Shown: positions 16,081 through 23,975 of the stretch, piece after piece
Numbering within the stretch: the first letter of the stretch is position 1
Layout of the letters: every line of letters begins with the position of its first letter
Virus record (IMG/VR): IMGVR_UViG_3300011335_000621
Span: 1 to 24,954 of that record
DNA length: 24,954 nt
Strand: one strand, 5' to 3'
Origin: a virus
Lineage: Duplodnaviria; Caudoviricetes
Notes under the pieces: generated by a model
The model's input: the letters and a program-made list of their open reading frames with translations, nothing else
Told to the model about the DNA's origin: nothing
Databases searched by the model: none
Made by a program: the position numbers and the translations under genes

Positions 16081-16467
16081 ATGGCACGTACTAAGAAGCC
16101 CGTCATCGTTGTCCCCGCATCTGTCAAGGTTGCTGACCTGTTGTTGCAGGTTGGTACTCTTGGTGGCCACACAGAGGTATCCAAGTATGTAGGCTTGACT
16201 TACAACACCACTGTTGGTAAGCGCATACTTGATGCGCGGGCATCGTTGAAGGACGGGTTCACTGTTTCTTTCTTCAATAACCTGCGGGTTGTTGCCAATA
16301 CCATCAGCGCTGAGTCTGCTGATGTGCAAGCGTTGTTCGATGAGATTCTGTCAACCACTGCGGCGGCGGCAGAGACTGAGACACTCATTGAAGACACGAA
16401 GTCTGTAGTTGTCAAGCCAGCAGAGGTGAAGGCTGTCAGCCACATCCTGAATACTTTCAAGAAGTAG
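16081..16467 (+). CDS. Hypothetical protein, first gene of the right arm (128 aa)
   Basis: Start moved to ATG 16081 (MARTKKP...) after AAAGGA. Confidence 0.75.
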   Translation: MARTKKPVIVVPASVKVADLLLQVGTLGGHTEVSKYVGLTYNTTVGKRILDARASLKDGFTVSFFNNLRVVANTISAESADVQALFDEILSTTAAAAETETLIEDTKSVVVKPAEVKAVSHILNTFKK

Positions 16468-16505
16468 TCTGGCTACATCGTCAACCTATCCATCGTTTGA
16501 TATGG

Positions 16506-16553
16506 GACTGGCAGAGCTGGTGCGTATCTGGGTTCGATTCCCAGACTGCTGTT
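16506..16553 (+). ncRNA. Miniature tRNA-like element (acceptor-like stem + T-arm, no anticodon arm)
   Basis: GGCAG-AGCTGGTGCGTA-TCTGGG-TTCGATT-CCCAGA-CTGCT. Confidence 0.5.
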
Positions 16554-16584
16554 ACCTCAACAGAGGTGTTTGGAGGAAAGAGTT

Positions 16585-16851
16585 ATGAATCGTTTGGACC
16601 ACAGTATCCAGAAGGCTACGGTCTTCAACATCATCAACGACTTGGGTGCGCTCAAGTCCCCTAGGAATCGTCGGACTCCATCCGACATCACCGACAAGAT
16701 TGTTTTGTTCTGCGCAGAGATGCGTAAGAAAGACGGCGCTCTTGAAGCGTCAATCTACAACGTTGAAGACAGTATGTGGATGGTGAATGAGTGCCATGAA
16801 GCACTCGTAGCATTGGCAGTAGACGCAAAGATGATTGAGGTAATCGCATGA
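16585..16851 (+). CDS. Hypothetical protein
   Basis: GGAGG RBS before ATG 16585. Confidence 0.72.
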   Translation: MNRLDHSIQKATVFNIINDLGALKSPRNRRTPSDITDKIVLFCAEMRKKDGALEASIYNVEDSMWMVNECHEALVALAVDAKMIEVIA

Positions 16852-17090
16852 CAGTAACAGCAGGTTCCTTCCCAGCAGGGAAGTTTCAAATCAACATCAC
16901 ACCACAGGGAGTCGGTCTCCTTGTGCGTGTGACCAATCGCAACACTGACGGATGGATTGAAGGCAAGCACTGGTTCAGTAACATCACTGTGTTCGCAGAG
17001 AAGATTGCTGAGTTGGCGTTCCTCATTGGTGGTAGCGATCAAGATCAGGCAGAGATTCGGCGTGTGGTAGGAAGGTTGGCAAGCAAATGA
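16848..17090 (+). CDS. Hypothetical protein
   Basis: ATGA coupling at both ends; GAGG RBS. Confidence 0.72.
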   Translation: MTVTAGSFPAGKFQINITPQGVGLLVRVTNRNTDGWIEGKHWFSNITVFAEKIAELAFLIGGSDQDQAEIRRVVGRLASK

Positions 17091-17278
17091 GATTCACAGC
17101 ACTGGAAAAGACAGCCGTCAAGGGCTACGTAGTTATGGGCATTGTTGCCCTTGCACTTGGAATGACATGCATCTATCAACAATCATGCATTCAAGCTGCA
17201 GAGTTCAAGGCAAGCGTAGCAGAAGAACTGCTTGAGAAGAGTCAAGACCGCTTGGTTAATCAGGAGGTGGCAAATTGA
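17087..17278 (+). CDS. Small membrane protein (1 TM + coiled tail)
   Basis: Hydrophobic YVVMGIVALALGMTCIY segment; coupled. Confidence 0.68.
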   Translation: MRFTALEKTAVKGYVVMGIVALALGMTCIYQQSCIQAAEFKASVAEELLEKSQDRLVNQEVAN

Positions 17279-17559
17279 CAGTCTATATTGCTGACTTCCG
17301 TAAGGGTGAGTGGAAGGTGTATGCCAACAAGGGGCGTACACCAATCGTAGTTCCGGACTGGGCAACACACGTTCAGTTCGGTCCCGGATTCGTCACCTTT
17401 AAGGGTGATGACAAGGTTATGACTGAATCAACAGCCGAGCAAGTTGGCTGGAACGGTTGGTCACTTGGGCCAGCAGTTCTTGCTGGTATCCCCGCAGAAG
17501 GTGTTTGGGACGCATCCATTGAGCGTTCCTACCTTATTGAAAGAGAAGGATGTAAATGA
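17275..17559 (+). CDS. Hypothetical protein
   Basis: AGGAGG RBS; TTG start overlapping the upstream TGA. Confidence 0.7.
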   Translation: MTVYIADFRKGEWKVYANKGRTPIVVPDWATHVQFGPGFVTFKGDDKVMTESTAEQVGWNGWSLGPAVLAGIPAEGVWDASIERSYLIEREGCK

Positions 17560-17969
17560 CAACACAAGAACTTATCATGCTGAGAACTATTCTACTCAGC
17601 AAGCCAGAACAACTTGCGAAAATGAATTTGCGCCGTTACGACAGCGTATCAACTGGACGCAACAAGGTTAGGTGGAGTACTGACAGCATTGACAGACTCG
17701 CCACTGACTTTAGGGTTGATGTCGAGTGGGCTATGAGACATAGCCATGACCCATCGCAGTTCCGTGGCTTCATCACGATGCCATCAAACTGCACCAACAA
17801 CGAATGTCCGTTTTACACCGGACGGGTTGTGTCGTTTACCTTTGCTGTTCCAAGCTTTCCTGAAACAACAACTTGGTTATGGGATGCATCAGACACAGAG
17901 GGATATGACACAGCATGCGGTGACCACGCATGGCTTACAGAAACAATGAAAGTAGTGAGGGACTATTGA
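17556..17969 (+). CDS. Hypothetical protein
   Basis: ATGA coupling; AAGGA RBS. Confidence 0.72.
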   Translation: MTTQELIMLRTILLSKPEQLAKMNLRRYDSVSTGRNKVRWSTDSIDRLATDFRVDVEWAMRHSHDPSQFRGFITMPSNCTNNECPFYTGRVVSFTFAVPSFPETTTWLWDASDTEGYDTACGDHAWLTETMKVVRDY

Positions 17970-18556
17970 TGAATCTTACAATCAACAAGACTCGGCTGCG
18001 TCCGAGCATCACCGTCGGACCAGACTGCATACACAAAGAGACAGAAGGGCGGATGGTCTTCAAGACCAAGCATTCAGAACGCATCGCTGACAAGGTGGCT
18101 AGAATAATCGGCGAGCACGTACAACAGATGAACGATATATGGAAACGCATTGAGACAGGTAGTGTGTCTGACCCGACGTTTGAAAAGCCTTGTTACAAAC
18201 GTGGTAACTCATACTTCAAGGCTGCATTCGTCTGCCATCACATTGATCGTGACGATAACAAGGCTCTGTACTGGCTACGCAAAGCGTGGGCTTGCTTTGA
18301 TTGCGAGGGTTCATTCCACATTGAGGAAAGGGACGGATACGACGATTCCATCTGGCTGCACACTGACATCTTGAAGGACAACGAGTGGGATATAGCAGCC
18401 AAGGTCACTACTCGCAGCTTCCTTGGTGTAACCGTAACACATCACCGAATAGGGACCATCAAAGAGGACCCTGATATGACACCGCTCGCCATACGGTTAG
18501 GGACATTCGATAAGTACGTAACAATGGAAAGCAACAAACGCTTTTCATACAAATAA
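17969..18556 (+). CDS. Hypothetical protein (about 195 aa)
   Basis: Start moved to ATG 17969 (TGATG overlap, GAGG RBS). Confidence 0.75.
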   Translation: MNLTINKTRLRPSITVGPDCIHKETEGRMVFKTKHSERIADKVARIIGEHVQQMNDIWKRIETGSVSDPTFEKPCYKRGNSYFKAAFVCHHIDRDDNKALYWLRKAWACFDCEGSFHIEERDGYDDSIWLHTDILKDNEWDIAAKVTTRSFLGVTVTHHRIGTIKEDPDMTPLAIRLGTFDKYVTMESNKRFSYK

Positions 18557-18590
18557 GTTTCTCCGCACCGGAGAACAATAGGACAACACA

Positions 18591-18830
18591 ATGACAGATG
18601 AACAACTCAAAGAACATTACGAGTATTGCAAGATGGTCTTCTTAGACCACAGCATGATTGAACCATGGCAAAGACGTGAGTCCGAAGAACATACCGCATG
18701 GAAAGAAACACTCGATCGACTAGGCGCTGCCTTTACTGCAGCAGCAGAGGCACATCATCAAGCAACAATGAACAGAATGATAAGGAAACGTGATGAACGA
18801 AAAAGAAACTTGGTATCACCGAAAGATTAA
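18591..18830 (+). CDS. Hypothetical protein
   Basis: AGGA RBS; in the gene array. Confidence 0.65.
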   Translation: MTDEQLKEHYEYCKMVFLDHSMIEPWQRRESEEHTAWKETLDRLGAAFTAAAEAHHQATMNRMIRKRDERKRNLVSPKD

Positions 18831-19041
18831 CTTAGATGATGGATGGGTCATATCCATTATCTGTAAGGATCACGTCAGCATTGGCTATAGAGAACACCTG
18901 TTTGAGTGTGCTCTCATATCACCTACCGATGGCGTCGATGATAAAAGCGTGACTGGCTACCTCGACTTTGATGACGTAGCAAAATACATACGAAAGGCTA
19001 AGAAGAAACACAATGACACGATCAACACAACTCAAGACTGA
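18790..19041 (+). CDS. Hypothetical phage protein
   Basis: GWVISII...LFECALI...VTGYLDFDDV resembles a common small phage family; AAGGA RBS. Confidence 0.68.
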   Translation: MMNEKETWYHRKINLDDGWVISIICKDHVSIGYREHLFECALISPTDGVDDKSVTGYLDFDDVAKYIRKAKKKHNDTINTTQD

Positions 19042-19396
19042 ACTATGGGCACTCTTCACTGAGGGTGGAGGTATCACACGCACTCAGTACTACGACCAGT
19101 ACAATGAAGGCTCGATGGTAGTACATGAAGACCCGGATGACAAGAGCATCTGGGTCCTTCTCTTTGAAGACCTGATACATGCTGAACGTGTAGCAGGTGA
19201 GTACAAAGAATGTACAGGTGATACATGTGAAGTACTAAAGACAGAGATTAGAGGCCTCGATGATGACCAACACATCAGGCTCTATCGGATGGATGGTAGT
19301 TGGCAAGATTACATACGCGAGGAGTACATCGACCAACTAACACAACAGAAAACACCATCGTTTTGGGAGCAAGCATTCCCAGAAGAGGAGGATTGA
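19013..19396 (+). CDS. Hypothetical acidic protein
   Basis: ORF in the gene array. Confidence 0.7.
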   Translation: MTRSTQLKTELWALFTEGGGITRTQYYDQYNEGSMVVHEDPDDKSIWVLLFEDLIHAERVAGEYKECTGDTCEVLKTEIRGLDDDQHIRLYRMDGSWQDYIREEYIDQLTQQKTPSFWEQAFPEEED

Positions 19397-19408
19397 GCAC
19401 ACTCAAAG

Positions 19409-19474
19409 GGAGGGGTCAAATTTTATACCCCTCCAATTTTTACTCCCTACGAGGGGTCAGATATTACCCCCCTC
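19409..19474. repeat. Two GAGGGGTCA...ACCCC(CC)TC inverted-repeat units
   Basis: GGAGGGGT-N10-ACCCCTCC (19409-19434) and GAGGGG-N12-CCCCTC (19451-19474) in an intergenic gap. Confidence 0.55.
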
Positions 19475-19507
19475 ATATACATTGAACAATAATCAGAAGG
19501 AACTATA

Positions 19508-19744
19508 ATGGCACGGAAGCAACAACAACATGTCCAGCCTAGAGATATCCGCATCGAATACCCACTTAGTACCGACACCTACTTCCAACACAGATGGGGT
19601 GTTTTTGAGTACATCGTCGGGAAGGATGGTGATGATAACGCCAGACAAACTCGCCGCTTACTTCTTAACAGCTTTGACAGACGCGAAGACGCAATAGCCT
19701 ACTACCCGGAAGCAACGCTTCCAAATACAACGACAGAGGAGTGA
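19508..19744 (+). CDS. Hypothetical protein
   Basis: AAGGA RBS. Confidence 0.7.
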   Translation: MARKQQQHVQPRDIRIEYPLSTDTYFQHRWGVFEYIVGKDGDDNARQTRRLLLNSFDRREDAIAYYPEATLPNTTTEE

Positions 19745-19749
19745 CCACC

Positions 19750-19860
19750 ATGTGGTTCATAACATCTATCATCGTTCTAGTACTGTCCATCGTGGCAGTA
19801 CTAGGATGGTTCATCTACACAATACACACTTACCAAGACCGCATCGACAAGGACAACTAA
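19750..19860 (+). CDS. Small single-TM peptide (36 aa)
   Basis: MWFITSIIVLVLSIVAVLGWFIYTIHTYQDRIDKDN; GAGGAG RBS; fills the gap exactly. Confidence 0.7.
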   Translation: MWFITSIIVLVLSIVAVLGWFIYTIHTYQDRIDKDN

Positions 19861-19861
19861 C

Positions 19862-20080
19862 ATGACTACAGAACAGAAGAAGATAGCCTACTACGAATGG
19901 CTCGGACAGATGACATTCCTCAGCAAACTTATCGGTGAGAAATTCAAACAACCTACTAAACCAGACGGCACTATTGAGGATGACATCGACATCCTATGGA
20001 ACTGGTATCAAAACTACAACAACAACTTGGCACGTGAACTCAATCAAATACGAACGGAGATACGCAATGCAACTCATTAA
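19862..20080 (+). CDS. Hypothetical protein
   Basis: AAGGA RBS; in the gene array. Confidence 0.68.
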   Translation: MTTEQKKIAYYEWLGQMTFLSKLIGEKFKQPTKPDGTIEDDIDILWNWYQNYNNNLARELNQIRTEIRNATH

Positions 20081-20441
20081 TACTTATGTCCACCCACAAG
20101 ATGTAGCCAAAAGGGCTTATCACCACTTCCGTGGACAGTTCAATCAACACTTTGATTACATGTCCATTTCTTCATCCAGTTACTCAGCCCACAGCAACGG
20201 ACACTCTAAGACATGCACACAGATATGCACCATCGAGTTAGAACGAAGAGAGCCATTTCAATCCTGCAGGTTCCGAATGGATGTAGACATTGCAAGTAAA
20301 GACGCTAATGTGCAAATCATTGGCTCAGGTGTGCACGACTTGTACATTTTTCCAAGCGACGCAGACGCCTTGGAACTCTGGTTAACCCAGTTCAAATGTC
20401 ATCTGCGAAAAGAATTCAGTAAGGACCAAAATAATGACTGA
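20067..20441 (+). CDS. Hypothetical protein
   Basis: Start moved to ATG 20067 (MQLINTY...) after GGAG. Confidence 0.68.
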   Translation: MQLINTYVHPQDVAKRAYHHFRGQFNQHFDYMSISSSSYSAHSNGHSKTCTQICTIELERREPFQSCRFRMDVDIASKDANVQIIGSGVHDLYIFPSDADALELWLTQFKCHLRKEFSKDQNND

Positions 20442-20763
20442 CCTAACACACTACCGGACCATAATCCTCCGGTTTGCTTACCTTCATATTCATCCCGGCG
20501 GTGGCATTGGCGCAATGATTATGCTTAAGCCGGGCTTTGAAGACAAACTAGACCATATTGCACAGGCTAATCTGGCTGAACTACTCAGATTTGCTGGTGC
20601 TCATGTCCCTCATGACACACGTAATGCTCAGGGATTCAATGACTGGCTTGGCGAAGAACCAAATATGTTTGAGAAAGAATCCTACAACAAGTGGGTGTCG
20701 GCAATCACACCAATGCCAAGACCTACACCAGCAGGATGGGAAGAGGTAGATACAAGTGCCTAG
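20434..20763 (+). CDS. Hypothetical protein
   Basis: AAGGA RBS; overlap-coupled. Confidence 0.7.
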   Translation: MTDLTHYRTIILRFAYLHIHPGGGIGAMIMLKPGFEDKLDHIAQANLAELLRFAGAHVPHDTRNAQGFNDWLGEEPNMFEKESYNKWVSAITPMPRPTPAGWEEVDTSA

Positions 20764-21004
20764 ATATACGTATCACAATCAGATGTATGACTTTCAGGGC
20801 CGAGCAATCGGCCCTGTTGGTGTTTTTAATACCGCATTAAGTGCAAGGGCAGTGGCTATGATTCATGTCTATTGCCAATATCATGTCATGCAAATAAGAA
20901 TCACGAGATGCCTTGAGCACACCTACGAGTTCCAACCATACATGATGGTTTACATGAACATCGTGACTAATAAACCTGTAACCAGTAGAAAGAACGTTTT
21001 TTAA
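20756..21004 (+). CDS. Hypothetical protein
   Basis: GTG start with GAGG RBS. Confidence 0.6.
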   Translation: MPRYTYHNQMYDFQGRAIGPVGVFNTALSARAVAMIHVYCQYHVMQIRITRCLEHTYEFQPYMMVYMNIVTNKPVTSRKNVF

Positions 21005-21005
21005 A

Positions 21006-21260
21006 ATGATGCTACCTTTTGACGTTATTAGTGGAGTGCTTTTACTTGAAGCATTACTTAACGAAAACATTATCAATCAAGGACAATACGATAGAATCGA
21101 TAAACACTTTGATGATCTACGTAATAATCTTAACTACACACTAGTGATTACTTCCGAGTTAACAGACTTTATTGATGAATCACAATACATTAACGCAATT
21201 AACTTAGTTAAATCAAAATGTCCATTGACTCCCGGTCATGCATTTTATCTAGCTATCTAA
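21006..21260 (+). CDS. Hypothetical protein
   Basis: Begins 1 nt after the upstream stop; AT-rich. Confidence 0.62.
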   Translation: MMLPFDVISGVLLLEALLNENIINQGQYDRIDKHFDDLRNNLNYTLVITSELTDFIDESQYINAINLVKSKCPLTPGHAFYLAI

Positions 21261-21266
21261 TGTTTG

Positions 21267-21296
21267 ATGTGAGGGGTGCGCCTCACTAACAACGCA
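21267..21296 (+). repeat. 30-nt intergenic repeat, copy 1 (predicted H-type pseudoknot)
   Basis: ATGTGAGGGGTGCGCCTCACTAACAACGCA; 29/30 identical to copy 2. Confidence 0.8.
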
Positions 21297-21314
21297 TAGA
21301 AAAGAAACACAATC

Positions 21315-21803
21315 ATGTCTACAACACCTACGTTTGAATATTTTGTTAGCCGCCTCAATGATGACATCAATCGCATCGGAGAAGGCAAGGGCAACACATA
21401 TGACTTCTATGAGACAACAAGTCACGACAAAGATTTTAACGTCAATGGTCATAGAGTATCGCTCAGTTTTCAGTTACGTATTGAGGTTGCAACTAAAGAA
21501 TTGGTCCTACTCGATCGCATTGAAGCTAAGATCATTGTGGCACTAACAATGTACGAGGATGAGAATACTCGCATTGAGCCATCTAGTAGAAAGCTACGTT
21601 CGTTCAACATCAAGACAACATCAGAGACACTATGTGATCAGATTACAGAGGCTACTGCGGCTTTCAATGTAGTCATTAAGGATATTGATATCCCTGCTGT
21701 ACCGTTTGACTTCTGGAAGTACGTGTCAATATCAATGCCACAGTTTGACAAGGCTGTTGCATCTACTGCTCGTGACAATAGCGACTTAATCGAACTCGCT
21801 TAG
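21315..21803 (+). CDS. Hypothetical protein (162 aa) bracketed by the 30-nt repeats
   Basis: ORF lying between repeat copies 1 and 2. Confidence 0.75.
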   Translation: MSTTPTFEYFVSRLNDDINRIGEGKGNTYDFYETTSHDKDFNVNGHRVSLSFQLRIEVATKELVLLDRIEAKIIVALTMYEDENTRIEPSSRKLRSFNIKTTSETLCDQITEATAAFNVVIKDIDIPAVPFDFWKYVSISMPQFDKAVASTARDNSDLIELA

Positions 21804-21808
21804 TAACT

Positions 21809-21838
21809 ATGTGAGGGGTGCGTCTCACTAACAACGCA
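21809..21838 (+). repeat. 30-nt intergenic repeat, copy 2 (predicted H-type pseudoknot)
   Basis: ATGTGAGGGGTGCGTCTCACTAACAACGCA. Confidence 0.8.
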
Positions 21839-21863
21839 CACTACACAATAAGGAATATACACA

Positions 21864-22106
21864 ATGAATACAAAGTTAGCTCTAGTATCAGTACCAATGT
21901 TTAATGCACCCGGAATGCTCCGCTGGGCACGTCACTTCTATCGCATGAAGAATGCATCAAAGCAAGATAAGAAATACTTCCTTGGTGTGCTTAAAGCTTG
22001 GGTCAATAGTGACAAACGAGCAAAGTACTGTCTTGAATGCGATGACTCATTCATTGAATGGGAAGACGATGTTGTTACAGTCACAATAGTAGAGGAAACA
22101 AAATGA
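21864..22106 (+). CDS. Hypothetical protein
   Basis: AAGGA RBS. Confidence 0.7.
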   Translation: MNTKLALVSVPMFNAPGMLRWARHFYRMKNASKQDKKYFLGVLKAWVNSDKRAKYCLECDDSFIEWEDDVVTVTIVEETK

Positions 22107-22411
22107 AAGCAGAAGATCCAGTTGTATACAAGTATGAGTATTGGTCCACATATGGTGATGCCAGCCCTAATCGCAGGACAAACGTCTACCTCAAAATATA
22201 CAGGACACAACCTACTAAGGTTACTGTGCGACGTGAGCTTGCGGTGATGATTGGCTGCACTTCCTTACGCAGAGGCGTTGAGCAAAACGATGATGGCACT
22301 CAACTCAGGCTATACAGTGAGCGTCACGCAATGGTTGGGTTTGGTGGTCTATATCTAGCCAACACAGGTAAGACATACAAAGAATTGAAAGAGTTATACA
22401 ACAATGAGTGA
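22103..22411 (+). CDS. Hypothetical protein
   Basis: Start moved to ATG 22103 (ATGA overlap, GAGG RBS). Confidence 0.7.
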   Translation: MKAEDPVVYKYEYWSTYGDASPNRRTNVYLKIYRTQPTKVTVRRELAVMIGCTSLRRGVEQNDDGTQLRLYSERHAMVGFGGLYLANTGKTYKELKELYNNE

Positions 22412-22787
22412 ATGGTTTAGCTTAGAAGACCGCAACTATCAGAATGACCACCGTGTACGCGGTGGTCAGGATCGTTGGTGGATAGATATCAATGAACGCA
22501 AGATGATGGTGAGACACAAGTATGACACTGAAGATGACAAACAAGTTTGGTACAAGTTTAAGTATGAGACATGCGATACGTGTGATGGTAAAGGCCATCA
22601 TGTTAATCCTTCTGTTGATTGTAATGGTCTAACGTATGAAGACTTATATGACGATGGCTATGCAGAAGATTACTTTGATGGTGTGTATGACGTGGATTGC
22701 TACAAATGCCATGGCAACAGAGTCATGCCAGTAAAGTTTGGTAAGCCAATACACATAGAACCTCAAGAGGATGATAACGATGAGTGA
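22404..22787 (+). CDS. DnaJ-type zinc-finger phage protein
   Basis: CDTCDGKG ... CYKCHGNR pair (CxxCxGxG-like) around an acidic insert. Confidence 0.72.
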   Translation: MSEWFSLEDRNYQNDHRVRGGQDRWWIDINERKMMVRHKYDTEDDKQVWYKFKYETCDTCDGKGHHVNPSVDCNGLTYEDLYDDGYAEDYFDGVYDVDCYKCHGNRVMPVKFGKPIHIEPQEDDNDE

Positions 22788-23178
22788 CAGCATATTCCTG
22801 CAAGCATGGAATGAAATCATAGAAGATAGTGAGGTAGCACAAGAGTGCTACCTTTCTCTTTATGAAAACGTTTCGTATTACGGTGGACCAGAGGAAGGAG
22901 GATGGTGGGGGTACTTGCAACTACTCCAAAAATATTGCAAGTGTTCATCGCATGCGCAAGCAGAAATGCTGATGGAAAAATTGCGTGATCACTGCGAAGA
23001 ACTAACAGAAGAAGCAAAGAAAGCTGATGGTAATGATTGTTTACGTCACATGCACCGCGCTGATCAACGTGGTGAAGATGTTGATGATGACGGATATGAC
23101 GGACCATCAACATACTACATGATAATAGAATCGATGCCCGGACAGCATCAAAACACAACAAGGAGTCATTATGAGTAA
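22780..23178 (+). CDS. Hypothetical acidic phage protein with YGGPEEGGWW motif
   Basis: YGGPEEGGWW is recalled as a recurring phage motif; start probably ATG 22780 after GAGGA. Confidence 0.7.
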   Translation: MSDSIFLQAWNEIIEDSEVAQECYLSLYENVSYYGGPEEGGWWGYLQLLQKYCKCSSHAQAEMLMEKLRDHCEELTEEAKKADGNDCLRHMHRADQRGEDVDDDGYDGPSTYYMIIESMPGQHQNTTRSHYE

Positions 23179-23554
23179 ATACATACCACAGTACTATCAC
23201 CAAGCAGCTGACATCATTATGGCTATGGCAGCCCAAGTATGGGAACTGCAATGGCAAAACAGCGAGTGGGTGCATTGTGAATGCAATCAGCATCGGACGT
23301 ATGCAACAGACATCGTTGAAGACGAGTACTGCGTAGATACATGGAAGGTTAATGTCGAGGTTGGCATATGCCTTGACTGTAACCCAGCAACTTGCGAGGG
23401 TGAATGTGATGACCTAAACACAGTTAATATCGAGGTCGGCTGGGCAGGACTAAGCAAAGAAGACTGCGAAAAAATATGCCAAGTAATAGATTTGGATGAT
23501 GACAAATACGGAGAGTATTGGTTTTGGAATAGCAAAGGAGACAGTAGTGGATAA
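23171..23554 (+). CDS. Hypothetical acidic Cys-rich protein
   Basis: AGGAG RBS; CxC, CxxC and CxxxC clusters. Confidence 0.7.
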   Translation: MSKYIPQYYHQAADIIMAMAAQVWELQWQNSEWVHCECNQHRTYATDIVEDEYCVDTWKVNVEVGICLDCNPATCEGECDDLNTVNIEVGWAGLSKEDCEKICQVIDLDDDKYGEYWFWNSKGDSSG

Positions 23555-23973
23555 TGCCATCTAGAAAACTAACACCTAAACAAATAGCGTCAATACATCA
23601 TCAAGCAAACAATGGCGTAAGTGTTGTTGCATTATGTGCTAAATACAACTTATCGTCATCACATATCTACAGAATCAAGAACAACACACAACGTAATAGA
23701 AGGACAAAGAAATTGAGTACATATAATGGCTGGACGAATCACGCAACATGGTTGTTTTATCTGCATCACCAAGAAGATGTAGAGAACTGGCTTCAAGACC
23801 ACGATGAGGAAACACGTGAACATCTTGATGCGTCCGATATCGAATCATACTTTGAGGATATGTATGGTGAGCTAATTAATGGTATTGCCAACATCTACCT
23901 TACTGACATAATCAACAACGAATTACGTGACATTAATTGGCGCGAAATACTTAAGACAATAAAGGAAGACTAA
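23554..23973 (+). CDS. HTH domain fused to a YNGWTN-type phage domain
   Basis: N-terminal KLTPKQI...GVSVVALCAKYNLSSSHIYRI (HTH); C-terminal YNGWTNHATW...INWREI. Confidence 0.7.
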   Translation: MPSRKLTPKQIASIHHQANNGVSVVALCAKYNLSSSHIYRIKNNTQRNRRTKKLSTYNGWTNHATWLFYLHHQEDVENWLQDHDEETREHLDASDIESYFEDMYGELINGIANIYLTDIINNELRDINWREILKTIKED

Positions 23974-23975
23974 CA

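Noticed and set aside
21267-21838. CRISPR array interpretation of the 30-nt repeats
   Set aside because: There are only two copies, separated by a whole gene rather than a 30-40 nt spacer, and no cas genes.
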